DNA of 64,000 nt, from positions 1 through 64,000 of the forward strand of contig CAZESS010000008.1 of the NCBI GenBank assembly GCA_964514975.1, read 5' to 3'. Each line of letters begins with the position of its first letter. The first letter of the stretch is position 1. Of this stretch, positions 1-8,818 are shown piece by piece. The DNA comes from an uncultured Thermoplasmatales archaeon. GTDB taxonomy: Archaea > Thermoplasmatota > E2 > UBA202 > DSCA01. Both the position numbers and the translations under genes were made by a program. The notes below the pieces were generated by a model. It did not search any database, was not told the DNA's origin, and saw only the letters and a list, made by a program, of their open reading frames with translations.

Positions 1-2673
1 CGATGGCACATCGAGCACCATGATGGTGTCGGGTGAGAGATATTTCGCCCAGCAGGTGATGTGCTCCGTGGACTGGTCGTAGGCATCTGACATGACATGG
101 GGCGTGATGACGCCCAGGTAGTCGATGAGGGTCTGGTTGATATCCTCGTGGGTCATCCCGGGATTGTCGGTCCAGAGGAGCTCGGTGAAGGCGGCGCCCC
201 CGTACCCGTTGGTAATGAAGTTACCGCCGGTGTAGTCCAGGGGCATCGACACCATCGGGAGGCCTGCATCGGCTGCGTAGGCACCCGGTATGGCGTCGTC
301 GTTGTCATCCGATGGCTGGTTGTAGGTGAAGTTGACAGCCTGCATGGTATAATTTGTGCGGTCGGTGTTGTTGAACCGGAACAACGGCCCATAGTCGCGC
401 GTGTGGTAGCTGTCAGAGGGAGCGATGAGATAGCTGGTATGGGCGGTGTTCACGCCGTTGCTGGCATACATCGCCTCAACGGTTGACTGCTGGCTGCTGC
501 TGTCGACGATGGTGACGACTTCAACGTTTTCGGCGAGCTCGGCGACGACATCGTAGGTGAGCGGAAGGCTGTCGTCGGCGCCGTAGTTGATGAGAACTTT
601 TTCCATCGGGTCGAACGCAGCGGGGACACGCAGCGGCGGTGTAACCTCGAGCACGGCGATATAAGGGGTGTAGTTGTGCGCGACGACGATCAGGGTGAGA
701 TTGCCGATGGACTGCGGCGCAAGGGTGAAAGATGCCTCGCCGGCCGCATCGGTTTCAGTGCTCGCGTACACGTCTCCCTGTTTCAGCGCAGTGACCGTCG
801 CGTTTTCGACGGGGTCCCCGTTCTGGTCTTCGACGATGACGTCCAACGGAGCGTTACCAACCGAAATGCTCGGGGGATGGGACACCGAGAGCGGTGCTGG
901 AACCTCGGTCCAGATGGTGAGCTCGGGGTCGGTGAACGAGTTGAACATCTGGTATTCTTTCTGGGTGGTCGAATCGCTGCTGCCGTATTCGTTGTACATG
1001 TACAGCTTCCCCCGGTTCATGATGCCTACGAACTCGTAGATGCTGTCGTTGAACATTGCCTTAAAGAACCCCTGCGCGAGCTCGTCGTTGTACCCGGTAT
1101 AGGAGGGGCGGGAGGAGCCAAGAAAGGCGGCGGCCCCGCCATTCGCTTTTTTCATCCATACCTCCCCGAAGCAGTCCTGGCTGCTGTCGTCGAACCACCC
1201 CGTGTTGCAGGTGGTGCTGAACACCACGGGCAGCTTCTGCCCGTTGACGAGGTCGTAGACGTCGGAGTTGTAAAAGCCTCCGGAGCCGGCCATGTACCAG
1301 CCGTCAACGGAGCCGTGCTCACGGTAGTTCATGAAGGCGACGCCGGCGTTTATTTCGCTGACCATCCTGGCGGTGCCACCCTGGTTTTCGTTCCATTTGC
1401 TCACGTCGTAGCCATACGGGGTCGTGATGTTGTCGATGACGTTGGCGGTCCATTCCCACTGCCAGCGGTCGGTGCCCCAGAAAACCGTGATGTTTTTGTA
1501 CCAGCTCGTTTCGCCGAGATAGGGATTTTTCTCGTACTGTATCCACTTGTTGACCGCGATGGTTGCCTCGGAGCTGTTTTTGACCGAGAGGCGCCCGATC
1601 AGGAGGTCGGGAAGATAGTCACTTCCAGCCATGGTGCTGTATGGCAGATCGGTCGCGCAGCTGCCCTGTCCGCTGTGGGTGGGTAGATACTCAACGTCTC
1701 CAACGAGCAACACGTAGCTCGGGGATATCTGCCAGTTGTTGTATGCATGGGAAATGAAATTCGTAATCGCGGTTTCACCGGTACCGGAAAACTCGCTGTA
1801 CACCCGGCTGAGGTTGACGATACGTGCATCCAGGCCCTTCTGCCATTTCCATTCCAGCAGCGGCAGCATGCTCCCGTAAAAGGTATCATTTGTTATCACC
1901 AGATAGTCCACGGTGTTCGTGGAATCCATAAGGTCCGCGATGCCGTGGGACGGCAGCTCATCGCCACCGGATGAGCGAAGCGGGGACGTATACCAGGTCT
2001 CCAGCGCGTCCCTGTTGGAGACGGCGGCCCGCACCTGTCCGACGAGATGCCGCGATATCTGCCGGGTGGCATCCATGTCGCCGGCAAACTGTATCTCCAC
2101 GGTCATGTCGGTATATACCTCAAGGGTGTGCTGCCCGGGGTTCGTCCGGAACATGTACATGGATACCTGCAGCACCCGTGCTCCATAGAGGGTGACCGGG
2201 TCGTCCACCTCCACCGGCACGTCGGGATACCACCTGTCGCTGGCATACAGGCTCTCATTGAGCGAAAACGGGGGGTCATCGCTGGCGTCCTCCGTCGTCG
2301 GCTGCTGGAACGGATACACCCTGTAGCCGTCACGGGTATAGCTCGACGAGGAGAGAACCTGGACGGAGTCAACCGATGCGCCGGGCGGCATGGCGACCAG
2401 ACAGCGCTTGACAGGCAGCCGTGGTTTGCCGACCTCGCTGGTGACGCCGTAGTCCGGCACGTCAAGCTGCTGGTAGATGGTGTCGTTTACCGTGACGTTG
2501 TTGACGGCGTAATCGGTTAGATGCGCTTCGAGGACAACGGTGTCATCGCCCGTGGACGTGGCCAGCGGGGATGCCTCTGACTGTGCGCTTGCGGGGACAA
2601 CAACGACGGAGGTTCCCATCAGAAAAGCAATCACTGCAAATACAGCTATTTTTTTATATATGGTGGCATACAT
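1..2673 (-). CDS. Secreted C25 (gingipain-family) cysteine peptidase fused to an agmatine/peptidyl-arginine-deiminase-like domain; 3' end runs off the window
   Basis: Not in the ORF track. Manual translation from ATG 2673 (MYATIYKKIAVFAVIAFLMG, signal peptide) reads open to base 1. It has a propeptide (GKPRLP), a C25 core (YVLLVGD, PDLLIGRL, NYREHG, FSTTC, FTDP), an Ig-like linker, then deiminase-type motifs RVPAAFDP, HTRDYGP, GGN and HITCWAKYL. Confidence 0.88.
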   Translation of the reverse strand, partial: MYATIYKKIAVFAVIAFLMGTSVVVVPASAQSEASPLATSTGDDTVVLEAHLTDYAVNNVTVNDTIYQQLDVPDYGVTSEVGKPRLPVKRCLVAMPPGASVDSVQVLSSSSYTRDGYRVYPFQQPTTEDASDDPPFSLNESLYASDRWYPDVPVEVDDPVTLYGARVLQVSMYMFRTNPGQHTLEVYTDMTVEIQFAGDMDATRQISRHLVGQVRAAVSNRDALETWYTSPLRSSGGDELPSHGIADLMDSTNTVDYLVITNDTFYGSMLPLLEWKWQKGLDARIVNLSRVYSEFSGTGETAITNFISHAYNNWQISPSYVLLVGDVEYLPTHSGQGSCATDLPYSTMAGSDYLPDLLIGRLSVKNSSEATIAVNKWIQYEKNPYLGETSWYKNITVFWGTDRWQWEWTANVIDNITTPYGYDVSKWNENQGGTARMVSEINAGVAFMNYREHGSVDGWYMAGSGGFYNSDVYDLVNGQKLPVVFSTTCNTGWFDDSSQDCFGEVWMKKANGGAAAFLGSSRPSYTGYNDELAQGFFKAMFNDSIYEFVGIMNRGKLYMYNEYGSSDSTTQKEYQMFNSFTDPELTIWTEVPAPLSVSHPPSISVGNAPLDVIVEDQNGDPVENATVTALKQGDVYASTETDAAGEASFTLAPQSIGNLTLIVVAHNYTPYIAVLEVTPPLRVPAAFDPMEKVLINYGADDSLPLTYDVVAELAENVEVVTIVDSSSQQSTVEAMYASNGVNTAHTSYLIAPSDSYHTRDYGPLFRFNNTDRTNYTMQAVNFTYNQPSDDNDDAIPGAYAADAGLPMVSMPLDYTGGNFITNGYGGAAFTELLWTDNPGMTHEDINQTLIDYLGVITPHVMSDAYDQSTEHITCWAKYLSPDTIMVLDVPS

Positions 2674-2805
2674 GACAAACACCTTGCACGGGGGATAATC
2701 GATATCGACATATAAACATTGTGAGCCCCGTCCCCCGTGAATGGTACGGGCTCGGCATGTTTTCCTGACGGACAGCCGGCGTCTACGCTATGCTCATACA
2801 TACAA

Positions 2806-2840
2806 GGATAAAAAAAGAGGGGAAAAAGAGGGAAAGAGTG
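2806..2840 (-). terminator. Pyrimidine/T-rich archaeal terminator
   Basis: Minus strand reads CACTCTTTCCCTCTTTTTCCCCTCTTTTTTTATCC, just after the stop at 2846. Confidence 0.6.
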
Positions 2841-2845
2841 GGCCG

Positions 2846-4477
2846 TTACAGCCCGAGTACCAGTGGGCCGAGGACGAAGCCGCTTGCGGACTGGCTTGCG
2901 CCGCCGGCGGATACCTCTATCGTCGTCGGTCCGATGCCCAGTACGAAGCCGGTGCTGATGTCCGTTGACGCGCCTGGTTCGAGGCTGTCGATGGTGCCGG
3001 TTACCTCGGAGTTGAGGAACACCGCTCCGCTGAGCGAGATGGTCCAGTCTATGTTGCTTCCTGCTTCGAGCCCGACATTGGACACGGTTGCCGTGATACC
3101 CATGCCGCCGGATATGCCCTCGATGGACATCTGCGGTCCGGGGAACTGCGACCAGTATATGTCCTTGTTTCCGTTGCGGTTGTCCGTCCAGACGATGCCG
3201 CCGGGATGGATGTCGCAGGTGTTTTCTTCCTCGACAACGGTGCCGTCCTCGTCGTTTATCTGGGTTGGTTCGTCCCAGGTGGCGCCGCCGTCGCCGGATT
3301 CGATGTAGTAGAGGTTGCCGTCGCTGACGTAGGCGCAGCGGACGGTGGACCCGCTCATAAATGCCGCGGGGTACATCTCGTCGCCGTCGCCGTCGGTCAC
3401 CCGGGTGGTTTCCCAGGTATCGCCGGCATCCGAGGTGTAGGCGCATTTGATGTCCCAGTTGCCGTTCTCGTTGGTCTGGTAGACCACGGCCGCGTTGCTG
3501 CCGGATGACCCGATGTTCGGATGCGCCGCATCGTAGTCAGCGCTTTCATCGAGATACATCTGGTAGGGCGTGTACTCGATGTCGGGTTCCTCCTCGGGGA
3601 CGATCTTTTTGTAGACGATTTGGCTGTTGCCGGTGTCCTGATTGTCGTACTGCCAGGTGAGATGGACGTAGTCCTCCATGGTCTGCGCCGGGTCGCTGTC
3701 ATGATGGCAGGACATGTCGGGGTCCGCCGCGGGCGCCGTCACGAGCTCGGACTGCGCGTCGAAGTAGCCGACGCCGCCGGCCTCCATTGCTCCGCCGACA
3801 TACCAGTGGGTTGGGCAATAGGGAATGTCGTAGCCGCTGCCGGGGTTGTAGACATACTGGTTGGTGGGGCCGGTGATATCGTAATTGGCCTCGTTGTACC
3901 AGGTGTTATCCGCGATGGACGCATAGGTGACATCGGTGTACTCGGTCTGCCAGCTGTATATCTCGTAGGTGTCGGTGTTGGTGATGTCCGTCATGCGGTA
4001 GAAGCCGAGCATGCCCTGGCTGATGTCGATGTAGACGCCCCAGAGTCCGTCGAAGTCGCCGCCGCCCTCGAAGTTGGAGCCCTGCACCCAGGCAACGTCG
4101 TTGTATCGCTGGACGCCCTCCATCTGTACCATCTGCGCGGTCCAGCTTTCGCCGCCGTTCTGTGAATACGACCAGCCGATGTTGGATTCCATCGCCGCTG
4201 CCGCGTTGGTGAACGCCACGACAAGGTTGCCACTGAGGTCCTCAGTTATCGCCGGGAGCATGTCGTCGTTCGGGCTTTCCGGGGTGACCAGAACGTTGCC
4301 CTGCATGCCCGCAGCCATGGTGGTCTGTCCCATCGGGTTAACCGAGAACGACCGTCGTTCCGCGTTTTCATATGGAACCTCGTCCGTTGTTTCCTCTGAG
4401 CCGTGTATCATCGGTAGCGCCGCTGTTATCATCAGTGCAGCTATCGCCACACTTAAAACAATTTTTTTTGCTTGCAT
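2846..4477 (-). CDS. Secreted BNR/Asp-box (sialidase-like propeller) protein with a C-terminal beta-rich domain
   Basis: GGAGG RBS before MQAKKIVL signal peptide; Asp-boxes SQNGGESW, TSDAGDTW, SGDGGATW. Confidence 0.8.
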   Translation of the reverse strand: MQAKKIVLSVAIAALMITAALPMIHGSEETTDEVPYENAERRSFSVNPMGQTTMAAGMQGNVLVTPESPNDDMLPAITEDLSGNLVVAFTNAAAAMESNIGWSYSQNGGESWTAQMVQMEGVQRYNDVAWVQGSNFEGGGDFDGLWGVYIDISQGMLGFYRMTDITNTDTYEIYSWQTEYTDVTYASIADNTWYNEANYDITGPTNQYVYNPGSGYDIPYCPTHWYVGGAMEAGGVGYFDAQSELVTAPAADPDMSCHHDSDPAQTMEDYVHLTWQYDNQDTGNSQIVYKKIVPEEEPDIEYTPYQMYLDESADYDAAHPNIGSSGSNAAVVYQTNENGNWDIKCAYTSDAGDTWETTRVTDGDGDEMYPAAFMSGSTVRCAYVSDGNLYYIESGDGGATWDEPTQINDEDGTVVEEENTCDIHPGGIVWTDNRNGNKDIYWSQFPGPQMSIEGISGGMGITATVSNVGLEAGSNIDWTISLSGAVFLNSEVTGTIDSLEPGASTDISTGFVLGIGPTTIEVSAGGASQSASGFVLGPLVLGL

Positions 4478-4621
4478 GGTTTCTTGCCTCCACATATACA
4501 TGTCCGAACCTTTTAAATATTTATCGCTCCCAGGTCGGGCAAAAACACGGGGCGTGGACCGAAAAGATGGCCGCGATGCTAACGAAGCATCTGCATCGTT
4601 GAACGAAGTGCAGGATTGCTC

Positions 4622-6532
4622 TTACTCGTAGCCGCCAATTTTCAGGCTGGGGTCGCCCAGGAGCACCCATTCCTGGATGGTCTTCAGGTCTATCTGGCCG
4701 TCCATGGGCGGATAGACGCCGGCATAATCGGCGATGGCTTGGCCCCAGGTCTCGCCGAGGACGTCGACGCCCTCCAAGGCATAGAGCTCAAAGAAATGCG
4801 TCTCCAGCCATCCGAGGTACACCTGGAGGCAGTCGGGAACGCCGTCCTGGTTGCTGTCGCCGGTGGCACCGTAGCCGAGGCCGGTGCAGCCCATGGTAGC
4901 GATGGCGCCGCCACCCCGGAGCTTGACCGGCCACCAGCCGAAGCACTCGGGAACGGGCATCCAGTACCAGGTGGGGTTCCCCATGAGCGACTGGATGCAG
5001 CCCCTGGCGCTTCCGAGGAAGGTGGCGTTGAACATGCTGTTATGGCAGCCGCCGATGACCCAGATGCCATACTGGCCGTCGTTCTGGAGCAGCTGCATGT
5101 GGTAGACCTCGAGCCCGAGGATGTACTCGCCGTGGGGGTCGTCGGTGAAGTCCTTGCCCATCCACATGCCCGGGCTGCCGTGACCGGAGAAATGTACGAA
5201 GCCGGAGCCCTGGCTGATGGCGTCGACGACCTTTGACTGCTCTAGGTTGCCCTCCGACCACCAGAGCTTCGTCGCGTCGAATCCCTCGAGAATGCTCGCC
5301 GTCTTTGCGGTCGCGAGCTCTCCCTCGAGATAGTTGTGGCCCTGCCGGTCGTTGAAGGTATCCCCGCCGACGAGCGTCACGCTCCTGAACCATGGAGAGC
5401 CGGCCGCCGTTGTCTCATAGCTGATGATCTTGTCGACCACGGTTTCCATCTCCCGGGTGTTGCGACAGGCGAGCCGGCCGACATAGACATCGGGGTACCC
5501 GTCGATGGTGTCCTTGCCCGTCCAGCCCCATTCGCCGTAGACATGGTTGTCGTTGGTGTCCCATGAGGAAAAACCGCCCTCGGCGTCGTAGATGTCCGCG
5601 TAGTAAAGGTCGCTGATGTAGGTGGGCTCGGAGCCGTCGTTGTTGTGGATGTAGCGCACCGGCACGTGCCAGTCCTGTCCCGCTATCAGCGACTGGAGGC
5701 CGCCGGCCAGCAGCACGTATTTGACGCCCCAGTTTTCGATGGCGTCCCTGATGTAATATTTGACCTGTTCCGCGTGGTCATATCCCTGCGCCGAGGCGTA
5801 AATGTCCGTGGTGGTAACGAGCTTGGTCGCCAGGCCGTGGTCTTCCTTGTGCTGGACGAGCGGCTGCAGCGCCCCGGTGAACTCATCGGGAGCGATGATG
5901 AGCAGGTCATGTTCGTCGGCGGTAAACAGCGGCTCAGCCGGCGCTTTATAGGTCACCGTGACCTCGAAGGTGTCCGCCTGCTCCAGCGTGCCGGCGCCAG
6001 GTGTATACCGTGCCGGGAAGAGCTGCATCGACAGGATGGTGGCATGCGCTCCCTCGTGCAGGCCGGCGCCGGTGTGCCAGCGGACCCATTCCGCGGGATA
6101 TGTCTCCGGACTTTGACCGACGGTTTTTCTGGCTGCCTCGACGGGCCCATTGCTGTGCAGCGGCACGGCCGGGACAGCACGGGCAACGTCGTGCTCCAGC
6201 CGGCGCGTCTCGATATCGCCCACGGTGGCGGTCACGTCAAGGATGCGTGTGCCCGCCGGGAAGGTTATGGTCCTCGTTTCGTAGGGAAGGATGGGGCATC
6301 CCGCTTCATGGGTATACCGTGCGCCTTTGAGCGTGACCGTGGCGGCCCCATCAGCGGTGGCAACCCGCGGTATGGCAACCCGGTAGGTCTGCATCATGGC
6401 GGACGCCTCGGCGGCATCGGCGTCGGTGGCGGCGGTAAATGTTCCGATGTCTGCGACGGGGCCGGCAAGGGTGGCGAATGCACTTACGATGAACAGTGCT
6501 CCCACGAGCAAAACGGTTATTTGTTGTTTCAT
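4622..6532 (-). CDS. Secreted C25 gingipain-family cysteine peptidase
   Basis: Signal peptide, propeptide, SDLYYAD, PDVYVGRL, HFSGHG (His), IGGC (Cys), LLGDP. Confidence 0.9.
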   Translation of the reverse strand: MKQQITVLLVGALFIVSAFATLAGPVADIGTFTAATDADAAEASAMMQTYRVAIPRVATADGAATVTLKGARYTHEAGCPILPYETRTITFPAGTRILDVTATVGDIETRRLEHDVARAVPAVPLHSNGPVEAARKTVGQSPETYPAEWVRWHTGAGLHEGAHATILSMQLFPARYTPGAGTLEQADTFEVTVTYKAPAEPLFTADEHDLLIIAPDEFTGALQPLVQHKEDHGLATKLVTTTDIYASAQGYDHAEQVKYYIRDAIENWGVKYVLLAGGLQSLIAGQDWHVPVRYIHNNDGSEPTYISDLYYADIYDAEGGFSSWDTNDNHVYGEWGWTGKDTIDGYPDVYVGRLACRNTREMETVVDKIISYETTAAGSPWFRSVTLVGGDTFNDRQGHNYLEGELATAKTASILEGFDATKLWWSEGNLEQSKVVDAISQGSGFVHFSGHGSPGMWMGKDFTDDPHGEYILGLEVYHMQLLQNDGQYGIWVIGGCHNSMFNATFLGSARGCIQSLMGNPTWYWMPVPECFGWWPVKLRGGGAIATMGCTGLGYGATGDSNQDGVPDCLQVYLGWLETHFFELYALEGVDVLGETWGQAIADYAGVYPPMDGQIDLKTIQEWVLLGDPSLKIGGYE

Positions 6533-6590
6533 GTCAACCAACCGTTACATGGTGGTAATAATTTATAATCTTTATGCCGGTCCGTGGACA

Positions 6591-7361
6591 CTACACCGGT
6601 CCGTAGACGGCGACATGGTCACCCCGCTTGGCCTGCACCATGCGCTGCGCGTTGCCGTTTCGGCAGGCGACCTCGAGCAGCCCTGTGCTGGACACGGTAA
6701 GCAGGAGCCCCTGGTCGTCCGCATGCCCGTAGCTCGGGACATACGGCAGGGTGAAACGGCTGCCGGCCACCGTCACCTCGACGGTATCGCCGTATGATCC
6801 ATCGATGTCGTCCGGCTGCAGGCCCGTGATAAGGTTGCCGAACCGGTCGATGTAGATGAGTGTACCGCTGGCCGCGTCATCCGGAGAGATAAAATCGAGG
6901 GTCACATAGTCGTCATTTAGAACGCCGATGTCGTCCGGCTGGGCGCCACGGAGCAGGTGCGCCGCCACCGGCGCAAAGATGTCCCTGCCATGGAACGTCG
7001 GCGCTATGTCATCGGCCATGTACCGCTCGGCGGTTATCTCGTAGACCCGTTGGAGGCCGAGCTGCCGTGCCGCGGGGATGAGCACCCCGTTGTCCGGCCC
7101 GACGAGATATCCATGGCTGCAGACGGCGATGATGGCGCTGCGCGACGTCCCGACGCCGGGGTCTATGACGGCGATGTGCACCGCATCCAGGAAACGCGGG
7201 GCTGCGGCATACAGCACGTATGCCCCCTCCCGGATATCCTGCGGTGCAACATCGTGGGCGACGTCGACCTTGGATGCATCCGGGGCGATGGACAGGATGC
7301 GTCCCTTCATCTGGGCTGCATATCGCCAGCCGATGTCGGTGGTGAGCGTCACCGTGTTCAT
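6591..7361 (-). CDS. SAM hydroxide adenosyltransferase (DUF62, chlorinase/fluorinase family)
   Basis: LTTD, DPGVGT, GPDNG, TFHGRD, IDRFGN; ATGA overlap with the cutA stop. Confidence 0.9.
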   Translation of the reverse strand: MNTVTLTTDIGWRYAAQMKGRILSIAPDASKVDVAHDVAPQDIREGAYVLYAAAPRFLDAVHIAVIDPGVGTSRSAIIAVCSHGYLVGPDNGVLIPAARQLGLQRVYEITAERYMADDIAPTFHGRDIFAPVAAHLLRGAQPDDIGVLNDDYVTLDFISPDDAASGTLIYIDRFGNLITGLQPDDIDGSYGDTVEVTVAGSRFTLPYVPSYGHADDQGLLLTVSSTGLLEVACRNGNAQRMVQAKRGDHVAVYGPV

Positions 7362-7667
7362 GCTATCACGCTGTCGAGCCATGCGAGGTAGTCGGCTGCG
7401 CCATCGCTGACGGGCACCATCAGCACCTCGGGCACGTCGTAGCTGTGGAGCTCACGGATGCGCTCCCGGAGCGCCGGCCACTGCTTCCGCATGGTTTTCA
7501 TGACGAGCAGCGTCTCCTCCGCCTCCTCGATGCCGTCGTTCCATATGTACCGGGAGGTCACGCCGGACATGCTAGCGCAGGCGACATGGCGCTCCTCGAG
7601 CAGGGTGGCTGCGAGGTCGCGCGCCTCTGCCGGCGGGCAGGTGCACAAAACGATTTACGGGTTCCAT
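7358..7667 (-). CDS. cutA: Divalent-cation tolerance protein CutA, apparent +1 frameshift near the start
   Basis: LLEERHVAC, Y-W-G-E-E, HSYDVPE. ATG 7667 is out of frame by one extra A; removing it gives MEPVIVLCTCP. Confidence 0.8.
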
Positions 7668-7740
7668 ATTATGGTACATATATCCGGCGGGCTTTAAAAC
7701 GATGGCGCCATGTTTTTTAAGCCCTGGCAGGATACCCCGT

Positions 7741-8787
7741 ATGAACGGCCTGGCCATCTGTGCAGTGCTGTTCCTGCTGCTGTCCGCCATTGCTGCGCCA
7801 GATGCGCCGTGGGAGTCCGAGCCTGCACCGCTGTCCGATGACCCCTATTTTGTGCCGGTGGACATGTCGCTGGCGGACGACGGGTTCCACGATGGATGGC
7901 CGGTGCATGCCGAAACCTGGTATTTTGAGGCACTGTTCGAGGGCGGAAGCAACATGAGCATGGTGTTCCTGGTGTCGCTGCTGTCGCTGCCCGATGGCCG
8001 AACAGGGATGGCCATGGTCGGCCTGCACCTCTACCAGGATGGACGGCTGGTTGCGATGGAGCGGGTGATGACAACGTCGTATACGGCGGCGTCCGACCGT
8101 CCCCGGATAACGCTGCAGGACGAAACGGTCATCGAGGGAACGGTGAACGAGGCGGGCAACCTATGCTACCGAATCGACTTCCAGCGTAATGATAGCGGCG
8201 TCGCCCTGCAGTTCGTCAACCAGACGCGGGGATGGATGGGCGACCTGGGGCGGGGATGGTGGCTGGCGGTGCCGGAGCTTGGGGTGACGGGCACGGTGAC
8301 GGTGGACGGCGCCATGGCTGCGGTGACAGGTGCTGGCTACCATGACCACAACGTGTTTTCGCTGCTGAGCCCGCTGCTTGAGCAGGGTTATCTCGACGGC
8401 AAGATGACCGCCGAGCATTTTTCGCTGGTCTGGGGATACATCATGGAAAGCCGGACGCGAGCGCACGGCTTCGCCGTCGTGAGCAAACATGGCGACTATC
8501 TCGCCCTTGGCCCCGGCGAGGTGGACATCTCGTTTTCGTCATATGTCTGGGACAACGGAAGCCGGATCCCGACCGTCTGCACCATCGCCATCCATGACCC
8601 TGCCACTGGCCTCGCCGGACGGATATGGATGAACGCGACGGCGGTGCACCACATCCGGCTACCCCTGCTCCGGTACTGGCGCTACCACGTCGAGGTGGAC
8701 GGATGGCTCAGCAGCCCGTCACATCATGCGGCAATCGACGAGCGGGGCATCATGGAATACATGCGCTACCTGGAAAAAACAGCATAG
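7741..8787 (+). CDS. Secreted AttH/CrtC-like (lipocalin-like hydratase/cyclase fold) protein
   Basis: Signal peptide; ETWYFEA and GAGYHDHN motifs. Confidence 0.6.
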   Translation: MNGLAICAVLFLLLSAIAAPDAPWESEPAPLSDDPYFVPVDMSLADDGFHDGWPVHAETWYFEALFEGGSNMSMVFLVSLLSLPDGRTGMAMVGLHLYQDGRLVAMERVMTTSYTAASDRPRITLQDETVIEGTVNEAGNLCYRIDFQRNDSGVALQFVNQTRGWMGDLGRGWWLAVPELGVTGTVTVDGAMAAVTGAGYHDHNVFSLLSPLLEQGYLDGKMTAEHFSLVWGYIMESRTRAHGFAVVSKHGDYLALGPGEVDISFSSYVWDNGSRIPTVCTIAIHDPATGLAGRIWMNATAVHHIRLPLLRYWRYHVEVDGWLSSPSHHAAIDERGIMEYMRYLEKTA

Positions 8788-8818
8788 TCTTTATACCCGG
8801 GGCAACATTACCACGTGG

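Noticed and set aside
2646-3446. Arg-rich 266-aa minus-strand ORF and many similar short Arg/Pro-rich ORFs
   Set aside because: Alternative-frame products of GC-rich genes
6591-7361. Halogenase (fluorinase/chlorinase) activity
   Set aside because: It keeps the Asp/Arg/His-type motifs (TTD, GTSR, TFHGRD) typical of DUF62 SAM hydrolases, and there is no secondary-metabolite context
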